A stretch of DNA of 64,000 nt from NCBI RefSeq assembly GCF_009914755.1, contig NC_060938.1; one strand, written 5' to 3'. Of the stretch, positions 42,390 to 56,182 are shown piece by piece. The stretch's first letter is position 1. Each line of letters opens with the position of its first letter. The position numbers and the translations under genes are program-made. The DNA comes from the human T2T-CHM13v2.0 reference genome, Homo sapiens. The notes beneath the pieces were generated by a model, which worked only from the letters and a program-made list of their open reading frames with translations, was not told the origin of the DNA and did no database searches.

Positions 42390-45233
42390 AAATTTGGACT
42401 GGTCTGAGGGAAGGCTTTGCAGAGAGGGTGACATCTGAACTTGACCTTGACGGGTGGACTACGGTTTTTGCAGGCAGAGGAAACAGCTTGATCAGAGGCA
42501 CAGGGCTGAGAGGGATGTATTCTTGGAGGACCAGGGGCTGGGGAGAGACAGAGCTGGAGCAGGCTACATGGGTGCGGTGGAAGGTGGAGAGTGGCTGAGA
42601 TGAGATTAGAAAGGCAGGCAGGGGCTAGGTCACAAAGGGCTGTGAATAGCCTGCCCAGATAATTCGGTCTGATTCTGTAGGGCACTGGGGACTGAACAGA
42701 GACAAATAACAATTGAGCCCATACCTTGAATACTAAACTCTCATATTAACATTTTAAAAAGCATTCTCTCTCAAATTCTGTCCTCTTCCCTCTTTGCTAT
42801 GACTTTTACCTCAGCTTCATCTATGTCTCAGATCCTGTCCTCACTGGCCCCCTGTTCTGTTCAACTGTTTCTTTTTTCAACCACAACTGTCCTTCCAAAC
42901 AGTTAAATATGAATTTTGGATCTCATTTATCTATTTCTACTTATTGCCAACTGTGGTTGGAAGATTTGCATGATGAAAAGTGAGAGGACAAAATTGTCTT
43001 CTCCTTGGAGAAATAATCTGTGCACCTGCCATTTGGAAATTATTCATGCTTTGTGAGAAAAGTTACAAATTACTCCCTGGAATGGAGCTAATGTACCCAT
43101 CCACAAGCGACCTCACCTTCATCTGGGTACTTTATTAGCTGGAACGCCCCATCAACACGGCCTTGGGGAGTCGTAGATCAAGGTCACTGTTAGGGCATTC
43201 GCTCATTCACTTATTAAATATTTATTAACAACTGATTATGTGCCCCGCACCATACAAGATGTACTAGGAGGCACACTCGTGTGCATCAGAAAATACAAGT
43301 CTTCCCTCCCTAGAATATAAGCTCCATAGAGCAGGGGCTTCGTCTGATTTACTGCCTTATTGCCAGTCCCTGTAGGAGTATCCAGCGCACAGTAGGGTCT
43401 CAATCAGTACTTACTAAATGAAAGAAAGCTGTTATGTTGTATTGGAAAGAATACTGGAAATCCACGCTTGAATCCTAGAATCTGATTATGAGCAAGCCAG
43501 TTTCTTTATCTAGAAACTGACTTGCTTAATCAACCTTTAAAAGTTAAAGGTTTGCTCCTAATAATATTGACTGCATACAGCTCCCTATCAGATCCCCTAC
43601 TTATATCTTTATTTTTCTGAATGGGAGAAACCAATCTAACAAAATATTTTAAACATCATGGTTTCTAAAATATCACCGTCTACTCTATGGGCCCCAGATA
43701 ATACTAATTAAAACCATAAACAGGGCAAAGTAAGAATCCAACTGAATAGAGGCAGTAGAATATAGGATGAGTAATGCTTTTCCCTTTTCCTTTGTTGGCA
43801 TAGCTATCAGGAGGCAGAGGAGGGATAGAAGCCCCACCAATTCTCACTCTGCCATAGCTGAATGAAGCCAGTTGATGGAACTTTCTCCAGTCCCCTAGTT
43901 ATACAATCTGAGAAGTGGAGCACTCAGCTTGGCCTGCCACTGCCACGCCACTCTGCCTTTTGGTCAAGTGAGCCCTCACAATGGCGGTCAGTGAGCCTGC
44001 TCTTCCTGGGTCATTGTAGCAGTTCAGATAATAGGCCCACAGACATCAGCCCTGCATTGATCCCCTTGACAATGGCTCAGTTCTGCACTGTGGCATTATG
44101 CAAAGCCCACTCTGAAACAAATTTGCCTTGAAACACATACAGATGTGCCTCCCACCCCCACCGCTGCTGGAAACATTGAAAGACATCTCAGCAAAACGAA
44201 GCTGGGCTATAACGAGAGGGGGGTTTTCCTGAGCACGAACCAGAGGCCAGCAGAATCTCAATCAATATTCAAATGCCAGGTGAGTTTTATATGCAGGGGC
44301 AGCATGCGGACGCCATGTCCTGCCTAGTTTGCAGACTTCCAGCTAACATGGCTTCAGCTAGACTTGTCATACCTGTAGGTGGAGGAGGTGGTGCAACCTG
44401 AGATGCTTCCCAATGTCCTGTTTAAAGAAAAATATCATCCTCCTTGCCCCTGACAATCTTCCTTCATGCCCAAAGTGTCCAACATCAGTCCTTTCTTTTC
44501 TGGGTCTCTAAAAGTTCCCTTTAAATAATAGAAGCATAGACGTGCTTGTTGTTGTCACTGTCACCATTATTGTCATCATCAGATGTGCTATTTACACTTA
44601 AACGGGCTTTTGCCATTTTGTTATTGGACTCTTGCAATATTCTTATTGAACGATACAAGGCAGGGACTCCGACGTGTATAGATGAGGAAATTGAGACTCA
44701 GATGGGTCAAATGACTTGCTTAGGGTCAGTAGCAAATATATGTTAGAACCAAAGACTCCTCTGGTTGGGACTGACTCAACTCTCATCTAGTCCGAGTCAT
44801 CTCTTCTACACTATTCCAGACCTAACTTCTACTTGGATGCTTCCAGCAATGAGGAACTTACTTCCTCTTAAGAAAACTGCTCCCTTCCACTGCTGGTTAA
44901 ACCTTATTGTTAGTTCACCTTTAGATTGGGGAACGCAGGTCTGCCTTCGTGTATCTTATACCCAACACCCTTAGTTCTGTCCTCTTTGGCTGCATGGAAT
45001 AAGTGGAACTCTCCTCTATGGCAGCCTTTGTATATTTGACGATAATTCCCTGGCCTTCCCAGGTCTTCCTCTTCAAGCCAAATGATTCCCTAAAGTTTTG
45101 AGATACCCTCGCTATCATTATTTTCACTCTCCTTTAAATGTGTTCTAAATTGTTAATATTCCTTTAAACACGGGACATCAGAACTTAACATGAGAGTCTA
45201 CCTGGGACCTGAAAAACAAAGTAGAACTGTTAA

Positions 45234-45575
<342 letters not shown>

Positions 45576-45919
45576 ACCATCATCTCTTTGGATAGGACAT
45601 TGCGCTTCTATGAATGCCATAGAGCCTGCATACATTATTTTTTATCTAGGTTTCATCTGGAATCATGGGATAGAGAGAAGGTAAGATTTGATAGGAAGAA
45701 ATCAAGAAAGCCTGAAGTGTTGCAGTAGAGAGGCCCTGGGGACATTACAGTGGGGGTGTCGGGAGTGCTGCAGGCTGCTGAAAAGAAGAGTTGGACACTA
45801 AATAAAGAAGGCCTTGGTCATTCTCACAGGCCCTATGCCCCTTTCCCCTTGCTCTCCTGTTCTGTGCATATGGGTCCACCAATGCCCCGACTTCCTCCTC
45901 CTCTTCTTATCCTTCTAAA

Positions 45920-46232
<313 letters not shown>

Positions 46233-46284
46233 TGACTAGGCTGCTTCAATCCCCCTTATTGTGATGGCCAGGGTGACCAGAGGA

Positions 46285-47100
46285 CATGTTCAGCAGAAAT
46301 AGCTAGTGGTCCAACAAAATCTATTCTCTCCTTCCATTATTTATAGAGTTGTAGTTAGACTCTATCTAACTAGAGATGACATTTTCCAGTCTTCCTTGTG
46401 GGTGGATATGGCCATGTGACTAGCCTTCAGTGGAATGTGAGCCAATTCCTAGATTGGCTGTTAAAAGACTGGTCAGCCTCCTCCATGTTCTCTTCTCCCT
46501 CTCCCTATCCCCTCTAGGTGGAAGACAGGATGTGGCAAGGACCCAGCTGCAACCATACCAAAGAGGATAGCACAGTAGGGCAGTGTTTCTCAAGCTTGAG
46601 CTCATCCGAGTCACCTAGAAGGCCCAGATTCCTGGGCCCACCCCAATGTTTCTGGAGTGTGGCCCAAGAATTGCATTTCTGAGAAGTTCCCAGGTGATGC
46701 TGCTGCTGCTGGTTGGCAAGCCACACCTTGAGAACTTCTGCCTCAAGGGATGGGGAAGCAGTACAATGAACCTGGGTCCCTGAATGACTTTGTGGAGCTG
46801 GGCTGGTCTACCAGTCTAGACCAAACTCTTAAGTAAGAGAGAAATACTCCTTTGTTTTAGGGTTGCCAGATCTAGGAAATTGAAATGTAGCATTCCCAAT
46901 TAAATTAGAATTTCAGATAAAAAATGAATGAATTCAAATATTGCATAGGGCATATTTAAGCTAAAAGTTGTTATTTATCTGAAATTCAAATGTAATTGAG
47001 TATCCTATATTTTATCTGGCGATCCAATTCTTTGTTCTTTAGGTCAGTATATTTTGGGTTCTCTTTGTCACAGCAGATTAACCTTCCTCATCAATACAAC
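46285..47100 (+). mobile_element. Old MLT1 (J/I-like) LTR with nested MER5A (~46580-46740) and MER53 (46858-47027)
   Basis: ggccatgtgactag...aacctgggtccctgaatgactttgtggagc...tattttggg(t)tctctttgtcacagcag; MER53 TIRs tagggttgccagat / atctggcgatccaa. Confidence 0.75.
47059..47059 (+). other. Site of SNP rs12896399 (hair/eye colour), T allele in this sequence
   Basis: Follows TCTTTAGGTCAGTATATTTTGGG and lies between CTGGCGATCCAATTCTTTGT and ACTGGGTCTCACACAGGGTC, which match the HIrisPlex assay primers as I recall them; about 16.5 kb upstream of the SLC24A4 ATG. Confidence 0.85.
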
Positions 47101-50100
47101 ATCAAGACCCAGGGCTAAGTACTGGGTCTCACACAGGGTCCTGAGCATCTTGCCTGCTTTGGTGTCCCCATAGTGATCATGAGGATCCTACCTGCTCTTT
47201 CCTCTTGTCTTCTCTGGACTCTAGTTCTCTTAACTGGATTTGTGCTTTTCTCTCTGTACCATTGTCTTGCTCCAGTAACTGCCTGGAAGCTCAGTCTCGG
47301 AGAGAATCAGAGCCATGATTGTTACTCAGCACCATTCCTGGGTGTTGGGATCCTGGCCCAACTCCCAACTCTCTTTCCATGTTATTATTTATACCCGAGT
47401 CTCTCTTCTTAGACTGTGAACATCCAGAGGGCAGAGCCTGTGTCTTTTAAGTCTCCGTCTCTGCAGCCTTGAGCTCCTGGGCTCAAGCAATCCTCCCTTG
47501 CTGAGTTCTAGGCATAATGCCTAGAACAGAGGAAGTCACCAATACCTGATTGTTAAGTAAAAAAATGCTGCCTTGTGCCCAGCTGGTCTCCTGGTGGCAT
47601 GCCGGGAGCTCCAAGCTTACCAGTACGGTTGACTTAACAGGGGCTTGTGTTCAGGCTCCATGGGTGTGTGGAATTGCATTACCGTGCCCTTATGCAGTCA
47701 TTGGTGTGCTGAGCTTGGAGGTTGCTGGAGAAGAACTGGGCAAGGAGCAGAGGAGTCTCCTTTGAGGAAAAGGGCCAAGACCCCAGCCCCACCCCTTTGA
47801 GGTGACTTTGATCAGGTGGCAGGAAATGGCAATGTAGCCCCTGAGATAGAATTCTGCAGGAGGCAGGAAATGGTAGAGACAGTATCAAAGGGTTGACCCG
47901 CAGCAAAGGCCAGAGGTAAGAGTAATAGAAGGTGAAACTCTACCAGACAACTTTCCCAGGCAGGCTCTACAGGGTTTGTGTACAGGGTTTGTGCCCCAGG
48001 AAAGTGGTTGGAGAAATGGCTTTGAAGGATCCAAATGCTGGGAGCCCAGGCCAGCTCTGCATGGGACTCTACAGTCAGGGGTGGCCTGCCTTACTCCCTG
48101 AGGAGCTACCATGGGCTGGGCAGGACCCACCCCTGCCAGGCAGCATGATCCAGAGCATTACGTGTCCCCAGCAGTATCACGGGCTCTGCCTGTCATGAGG
48201 GGCTGCCCAAGTGTTTATGGGGTACGACGTGAGGACAGACAGGACTGGCCCCTCTGGACAGAACATACAAATCTCACTGAATGCCTGGGTACATAGAGGC
48301 ACCTCTTGAGAGATTCTTGAGCCAGTCAAGGTGGCGGGTCCAGAGAAAGCCTGATCATCTGGTAAAATTGGTGAGGAAAAGCACGAGCTGATCCCTGGCC
48401 CCTGCTGTGGAGTTATTATATTTGCATTCCTGAGCTCCGGGATCAAGACAATGCCAGTGACTCCAGATTTTGTTCCTTTCAATTCTCTGAAGCTGGACTC
48501 TGCTCAGATCACCTGATGGGACTCTCCCCTTGGACTTGGGGTGCTGGCCACCCCTGACCTGAGAAGGAGCTGTGATTCCTCTGTCCACCCAGCAGAAGCT
48601 CAGCTGTCAGCCTCTCTTCTGTCCAGCTGGGATGTCTGTCCAGTGCTCGTCTGGCCACGAGCCCCCATGCTGGCCTCGCGGGGAGGATCCAGAAGGCAGG
48701 GCCCACACTCACTGAATGTCTCCTCTGCCCAAGGCATTGTGCCAAGCACGTCATGTACTCGCTCGTGTTTTTATCCATTCATTTACTTTATTCATACAGT
48801 TATATCTGGATTCGTCTCAAAAAAATTTTAAGGTAAATTTGTTTTTCAACCTTCACAAAAACCCTGAGAGGTAAGGATTATTATTTCCATTTTAAAGACC
48901 ATGAACTGCTGCTTAGAGAGGGGCAGTCACACAGTTAGTGGGCACAGCTACTGGCAGAACTGGAATTTGAACATTGGTTGCTTTGACTCCAAATCATATT
49001 CTCTTTTTTTCCTGAATAGACTTAAAAAAATATGAAGCATTTGATATATGCAAAAGGACACATGTAATGTATATGTAGGTTATAAAGCACAACAGTAACA
49101 TGCCTCCCCTGGAAGCCCGCCCCCTCGGGTTTTCTATGGGCCATACGACCTCCAAAGGAGCATTGCTGGGAACTTGCCAGGAACCAAGCAGAGCCAAGTG
49201 TTCTCCAGCCATTTTGTCCTGGGACCCTCCCATCTCCCTGGGAGGCAGGCATTTCATCCTCAATATACAGATGGGGAAACTGAGGCACCGAGGCTCTCCC
49301 ACTCAGGCCAAGGTTCCAGGCGGGAGGATGTGGTAGACGGGAGTTCAGCCCGGTCTGTTTGATACCCCCCAAAGCCTAGGGCTTCCACATCTGGCTGTCC
49401 CTCACACACTCTGTGGACATTTTTGAGAATGTAGATCCTTGAGCTCCATCCCTGATCTTGTAGATCAGAATTTCCAGAGCTATGGCCCAGGGAGGTATCA
49501 TGTTCAAAACTCCCCCAGTGACTCTGTGCAGCTGCCCACAGGCAGCAGTGGGCGATGCATGTTAGTGAAGTGCTACGAGTGGCCGGGAGAGGTGAGGATG
49601 GAGCTTTGGGCAAGACTACCTACCTGATTCTGCTACTCATGATCCTCAGTAACCTGCAGCCCAGAAGAGGGCCTTGGAGACCCTCTGGACAGGAACACAC
49701 AAACCCTTCCCCCAGGCAAAGAGTGCAGCACCTCAAAGGCTGTCATCGTCACATATGATCAAGGTCACTTAATAAATGAGTATTGAGGGTTTCTAATATT
49801 TGGTGTTCATAAGGTAAAAGGAGCCAACATTGGAATTTACTGAGGACTTGAACACAGTGTTCTACTTAGAAGCCTGGCTGCCATCTGGCTCTTGGCAACA
49901 GAGGTGGCTGGGAATCCTGCAATTTGGGGGAAGGCTACGCATTGCTGGCATCCCGTTAGTGCTGTCTCAAGTCGGCTATGCTTTTCAGTCATTGCTCTTC
50001 TTGCTCCTTGGCTGTATGTTACAGTGAATTCAGCTTCACCCATCTCCATGGTGTTTGTCGGGGGTTGTTTGGTTAACTCTGCAGTGTGTAGTGATGCCCA

Positions 50101-50636
50101 TTTTGCATCAACCATCTGGGGAGTCTATAATTTTCCAATGACTAGACTCTAGTGTCATAGATACTATGATTCCCATGGGAACCTCCACGTGCTGGCTGCA
50201 AAGGCAGATGGATGCATGCATGCATCTCTGGCTTCCCCAAATTTGCTTTATGGCAGCATTTCCTATTATCACACAGTACCTTTTCCATGGAAAATTGGGA
50301 CTGGATGAGGCAGTAGACCATGAGGTCTTTTGTCCTGCTCCAGTGGGTTACCCATCAACAAAGTTTGAGAGCCATTGGCTTAGAGGCAGCAACTCTCAGA
50401 GCTGGGAGAAGCCCCAGACCCAACGTCAAGGAGCCTCTGAATGTGCTACAGTTTCTTTAATCAGCTGGAGGTAGTTTCCTCCAATTTTTAAGACTATGGC
50501 CCAGTACATGGGCAGTGGCTGCCTTGAGGGGCTGTCCAATAATGTGATATTTCATTTACAGCAGTAAAGGAGCATAGCTTGTGAATGTTAATATTGGATT
50601 ATTTCCCCTCATAGTTAGCTGCCTCCTCACTTCACT

Positions 50637-50650
50637 GTTTCCATGGCAAC
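50637..50650. promoter_or_regulatory. Canonical RFX X-box motif
   Basis: GTTTCCATGGCAAC matches GTTNCCATGGNAAC; motif only, binding unproven. Confidence 0.55.
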
Positions 50651-53600
50651 ACTTCTCAAACACCACTTCATACTCTGAATACACAATGTAAACAATCTGC
50701 AGTTGAACATTTCCCAATTTAGGGGTTTGGAGCCCAAGTCAGCAGGCCTGCCGTTCGGAAGCTGCTGAGAAGCGGGAGGCTGGCGGAACTCACAGCAAGG
50801 ACTGCCAGAGCCAGCCTGGGCTGGAGGGCAAAAGGTCACTCCCTGAGTATTCTGCTTTTTCCTTAGGGGGCATTTAGTACAGGAGGGGCTTGGAGTGACT
50901 TATAGAACTGGGAGGGGCTCCCCGATCACTTAGAGATGAGGAGCTTCAAGCTCCAAGAAGTGAAGTGACTTTCCCATTGTCACACAGGTTTGTGATGGAG
51001 CCAAGACCAGAACGAGGGCTTGTCCAGGCACTACAAATGCTCACCCAGTGTGTGCTCCTGAGCATCCCCACCCAGCACCCCCACCTCCCACCCCATGGTC
51101 ATGGGTATTCCTTCCCATTGAGTCTAGAGACTGAATCATACTTCTCAATTTCAACACAACATCTGTCAGCCCATATGGACACCACTGACTGGCTGCAAGG
51201 GCCTCAACTGGGCCTGCATGCAGGCAGCTCCATGGGCCCTGGTATCTCTACTAAGGAAAGCAGGGACTCAGCTTACTGTCCTGGGAGCAGCTCCAGACCC
51301 CCACTAAAGGCATCATTATTTTCTTTTTATCAAAGGAACTATTTTTATTTCCAGTGTCTCCCCACACAGAGTAATGCATGCAATTTCCACATGGTTATAA
51401 GCAAAGCAAGGAGATTGTTGCTTTGTTTTTGTTGTTTTTTTTTTAATAGGAAAACCTCAGACGATTTCCTTTTAACTTCTTAGCAATCCTTAGCATCCTT
51501 TGACTTCTGAGCAAACAATCATATGGTTGCTGTGTCTTTAGCAATGAGCCAAAGGACACTCATGACCTAGGGAAGTTAAAAAGAGACTCAGAGAGTGTTT
51601 GAGAAAATGCGACCAGCAGGTGCCCTATGGGGATGGGCTGTTGGGAGGTGCTGGGGAGGGGATATCCGTTTAGCTGCTGACTGGGCTTTGGAGTGAGGGA
51701 GGATGGAGTCCATCCTTTGAAGATTTTAAACAGACAGCTTTTGAGCACAGTGTATCCCTAATACAATGGGGGCAGAGCTTCTATCTCTCTGCCGATATCC
51801 TGGGGACTCAGTGTGTATTGCACTCACACCCATCAGAGCCCTTTCTGCTCCTATTCATTTGGTTTGGGTTGGTCACAAAGGTGTGTGCCTACTGTGTGTC
51901 CTCCTAGGCATGGCCCATTGGGTCTCCCCACTGATGCCAGGTAAGATCACCAGAAACGTAAGAGTGTCCCTGAGAGCCAGGTCTAGACTCCAGCTCCCAT
52001 TCTATAACCCATGCTGGGCTGGTCCTGCTGGGCCTTCATCATGAGCACCCCAGGCCCTCAGAGTATTACCCGTGGGACAAAATCCACAGGCACATCAGGG
52101 CTCTGATGAGCTGATGAGGGTGTTGAGTATTAAACCGGGACCACTGACAATGCCCCCACCCTAAGTGAATCAGACATAGCTATTTCTGTCTTCTGTTCTC
52201 CAGATTGCCCCCCATCCCCAAAGAAGATGCTTTTACTGAGGCAATTTTGCCAGATAGAGCTATGAGCCAGAAGACCAGGCTTTCAGGTCTGGCTCTATCA
52301 CTAACTCACTGGGACCGTGGGAAAGTCAAGCCCCTTTTCTTGGCCTCAGTTTCCCCATATGCAAAATGCAGGGATTAGGCTATATCAATATTTCTCAAAA
52401 CACCAGTTCTATGGGGATATTAACTGGTGATGGGAGCAAAAAGTATTCCAGGGTGAAATAAGTTCCAGAAATGCTGAATTCCACAAAATAATAGATGTTG
52501 CATTGTGTATCTTCCCAGAGCCAATAATATGCCTTGCAGGCCTCCGAAAGGGGATTATAGCATACAATATTTCCAAAATGTATTTAACCACAGGGCCTCT
52601 AAACTCTTCCAGTATCAGCATTGGAATTCTCTTGCTTTCCTTGGAGAAGCAACAAGAAATTGGCCTTTGCTTATTTAAGTCTCTGAGGCTATTTGGTCTT
52701 TTAGTTTATTTCTAAAATATAGTCCTGAGTGACGTCTCAGAGGTATAGTAAAGATCCACCTTAAACCAGAGGTTCTTGAAAGTCCTTAGAAGATGGCTTT
52801 GGGGAAAGGGTTCCACTCCAGAAATTATATTCAAGGTCTTGTGTATATGGTTTGTACACTTTAGGAAAGTATACAAACCATATATGATAATATAGACAAA
52901 GGTCTATAGGATTAATTGGATTTTCAAAGGCCTCCATGATCTTCAAAATGGTGGGCCACTGATTTAAATTCTTACCAGCTAATACTTATGAAATGAAGTT
53001 TGATTTTATAGAAATTTGGATGTGAAACTATATGAGATGAGATTTTGGTATCTTGATAGGAGGTAGGGGAATGTGGGACAGAAACTATGGCAAAGAGGGC
53101 AGACAATGGGAAAATGAGAGGGACCAGTAGCAGCTCCATCTTGGGCAGGCCATGTCACCCCCAGTTTCTTCCTTGGTTCCAGGTGAATGCTTCTAAAAAT
53201 CATCATATGGTTCTTCGTTATAAAACTCAGCTACTGAATATTAATGCTTTGTGGCAAGGAGAAAATTATTGCTGTATCAGAAAGGCTTCTTCTCTTACAG
53301 GTCACTGGGGCTCCACATATTAAGTTTTGCTCAAGGGCACAAATGTCCCAAATGTATGTGTCTCAAGGCCAGACACTTTCTGTTCAAAGACACCAGGGTT
53401 TCCACTTCAGGCTCTCTTCCGGCAGAGCAAGGCTGAGACTCTGAGAAATGGTTGCAGGAAACTCCTCCTGCCTCCCATTATAAAGCGCAGCCTGCACGTA
53501 CAGATGTGTCCCGAGGCAGTGGGGGCATTTGTAAGAGGACTGAGAGAAGGTTCTAGAAGGTTTTTGCAGAGCCAAGAATGCAAGATGGGAAGTCCAGATC

Positions 53601-54774
53601 CACAGAGGGCCATTGTGAAGTGTGAATTCAAAAGCAGTTCAATTTGAGTTCTAAAGCTCACCGTTCTGGCCATCTGCTAACCGTCTTTTGATCACTGGCC
53701 TTTGAAACAGAATACTAATAATAAGTTTATACATTATTATTTACCAGCAGCCTGAGGGATTAGAATTCTCTCGGCTTGAATGACCCAATGACTGCTCACA
53801 TGCATGACCCAGAGGAGGACGGTTTTAGCCTTTGGCAGAGGGGAAAACGTAATTGTGTGTTTTGATGACAAAAGAGCTCCTTTCTTTCCTTTCATAGTCT
53901 TCTAAAATATCTGCATTTTCCTACCTGAAATATCTTCATCCTATAGTAAGAATTTGCTAGAGAATCTGCTTTCAGAACCTGGTTAAAAAAGGGTTGGGGG
54001 TGGGGAGGAGAGTCCCCCAAAGCTAACTAACAATGTTCATCAGAAATCCCTTAAATTAATTTAGAACACTGAGTCATACAGGCCCATCAACATTGCATAA
54101 CAGCCATTAAAGTATTAGTATTACTTTGGGGGCACTTGATTATGCAACCCAGTAGTAAATCTCCTCTGGGCCTTTTTTCAAAATTCCCAACAAGAGTTGC
54201 AGTTTACTAATTTATTTTTGAATGAGCTGAGTCTGTGTTCATCCCAGCCTCCTATTCAGCTTTTTGCCTCCGTGCAAGGATGGTGAGCCATGCACAAGTT
54301 GGCACCTAGCATTAAAGAGGTGCTTTATATTTCACTTCCAATCATATGCAAAGGCAGAACCACCAGTTCACTCACTTAACAAGTGTTTACTGACAGCTTA
54401 CATGTGCAGGAGAGTGAGGCTGAACCTAGAAGAGATCTGAGTTTCCATCTGGTTTTGTCTTTCTGGGTGTCAATTTCCCCATCTATAAAAGGAGGACTTG
54501 GGCAGGAAGGCTCATTCTTGAGGCAGGATGGTTAAGAGCAGACATTTGGGACCCAGACCACCTGGCTTTGAATCCCAGCTTGGTCAGTTACTCGCTGTGT
54601 GTTGAGTTTGGGCAAGTTACTTAAAGATTCAGAGGCTTGGGCTCTTACATTTGTCGATCACAATGGTAGTTACCTTGCAGAGGTGTCGGAAGGATTAAAT
54701 GGGTCAGCGAAAGAAAGATCTTTGAACGCTGCCCGGCCCAGAGCAGGGATAGAGAAATAGAATCTATTATGATT

Positions 54775-55200
54775 GTTCTTGCTGAGGCCCTAGCAAGATG
54801 ACTGCTCACTAAGCCATTTCCTCTCCTCCTTCACCCCATGTCCCAGCCTTCCTGGAGTCCATGGTCATGTGGCTGAGTTCTAACCTGTGAAATGTGGGTG
54901 GATACAAAGTCACCACGTCCAGGTTTGACCCATAAAAACCTTCCACGTGGGATTCTCCATGTCCTCACCCCTCTGTTGTTTCAGTGCAGATGAGCTTGGC
55001 ACCCCCAGAGGCCATGTGTGGAAGATGGCACAGCCACAAGATGCAAGGGACCAGGAGCTCTGAATAAGCACTTGGAGAAGAGCCACCTGCCAATACATCC
55101 ATTTTTGGACTTCATGTGAGTGAGAAATAAACTCAAAAGTGCTAAGCTCATGAGATTTGGGGACAGCTAGAGTTACTACAGCGAAGTGCTAGGCTGGGTA
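54775..55200 (+). mobile_element. Old MLT1 LTR
   Basis: ggtcatgtggctgagttcta...ggccatgtgtggaagatggcacagccacaagatg...gagaaataaac. Confidence 0.75.
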
Positions 55201-55626
55201 CCGAGTCTGAGGGACTGAACCTATTTGCAATGGCCCGATTGCTTGACTCGCAGTTTCTGATGTTATCTGGGTAATGACCAAAGGACACCGAGTTCTCCAG
55301 TTGGGGACAAGAGCTCGTACATCTAGCAAGCGCTGGCCTGGTCTCTGGCAAGCTTCCTGCAGACAGCTGCCCGAGCTGGCCGCCTGGGCTTACTGCCCCT
55401 GCATTCTGGACAATGGGGCATCATTTCCACCCAGATGCCACAGGGAGCTACTCAGGTTACCCAGGCAGTAGCCCATGTTCAAAATACATGATCTCAGTCC
55501 TCAGAGCTTTGTCCATTTCTGTCTTCCCAGCCTTGGCCATCTTTTGAGTGGGAATTAGCAGGAATGTTCGTATAGGAGCCTCCAAAGTGGGCAGAGTAAA
55601 AATTTTCCTCATTAAAACTCAAAGCA

Positions 55627-56182
<556 letters not shown>

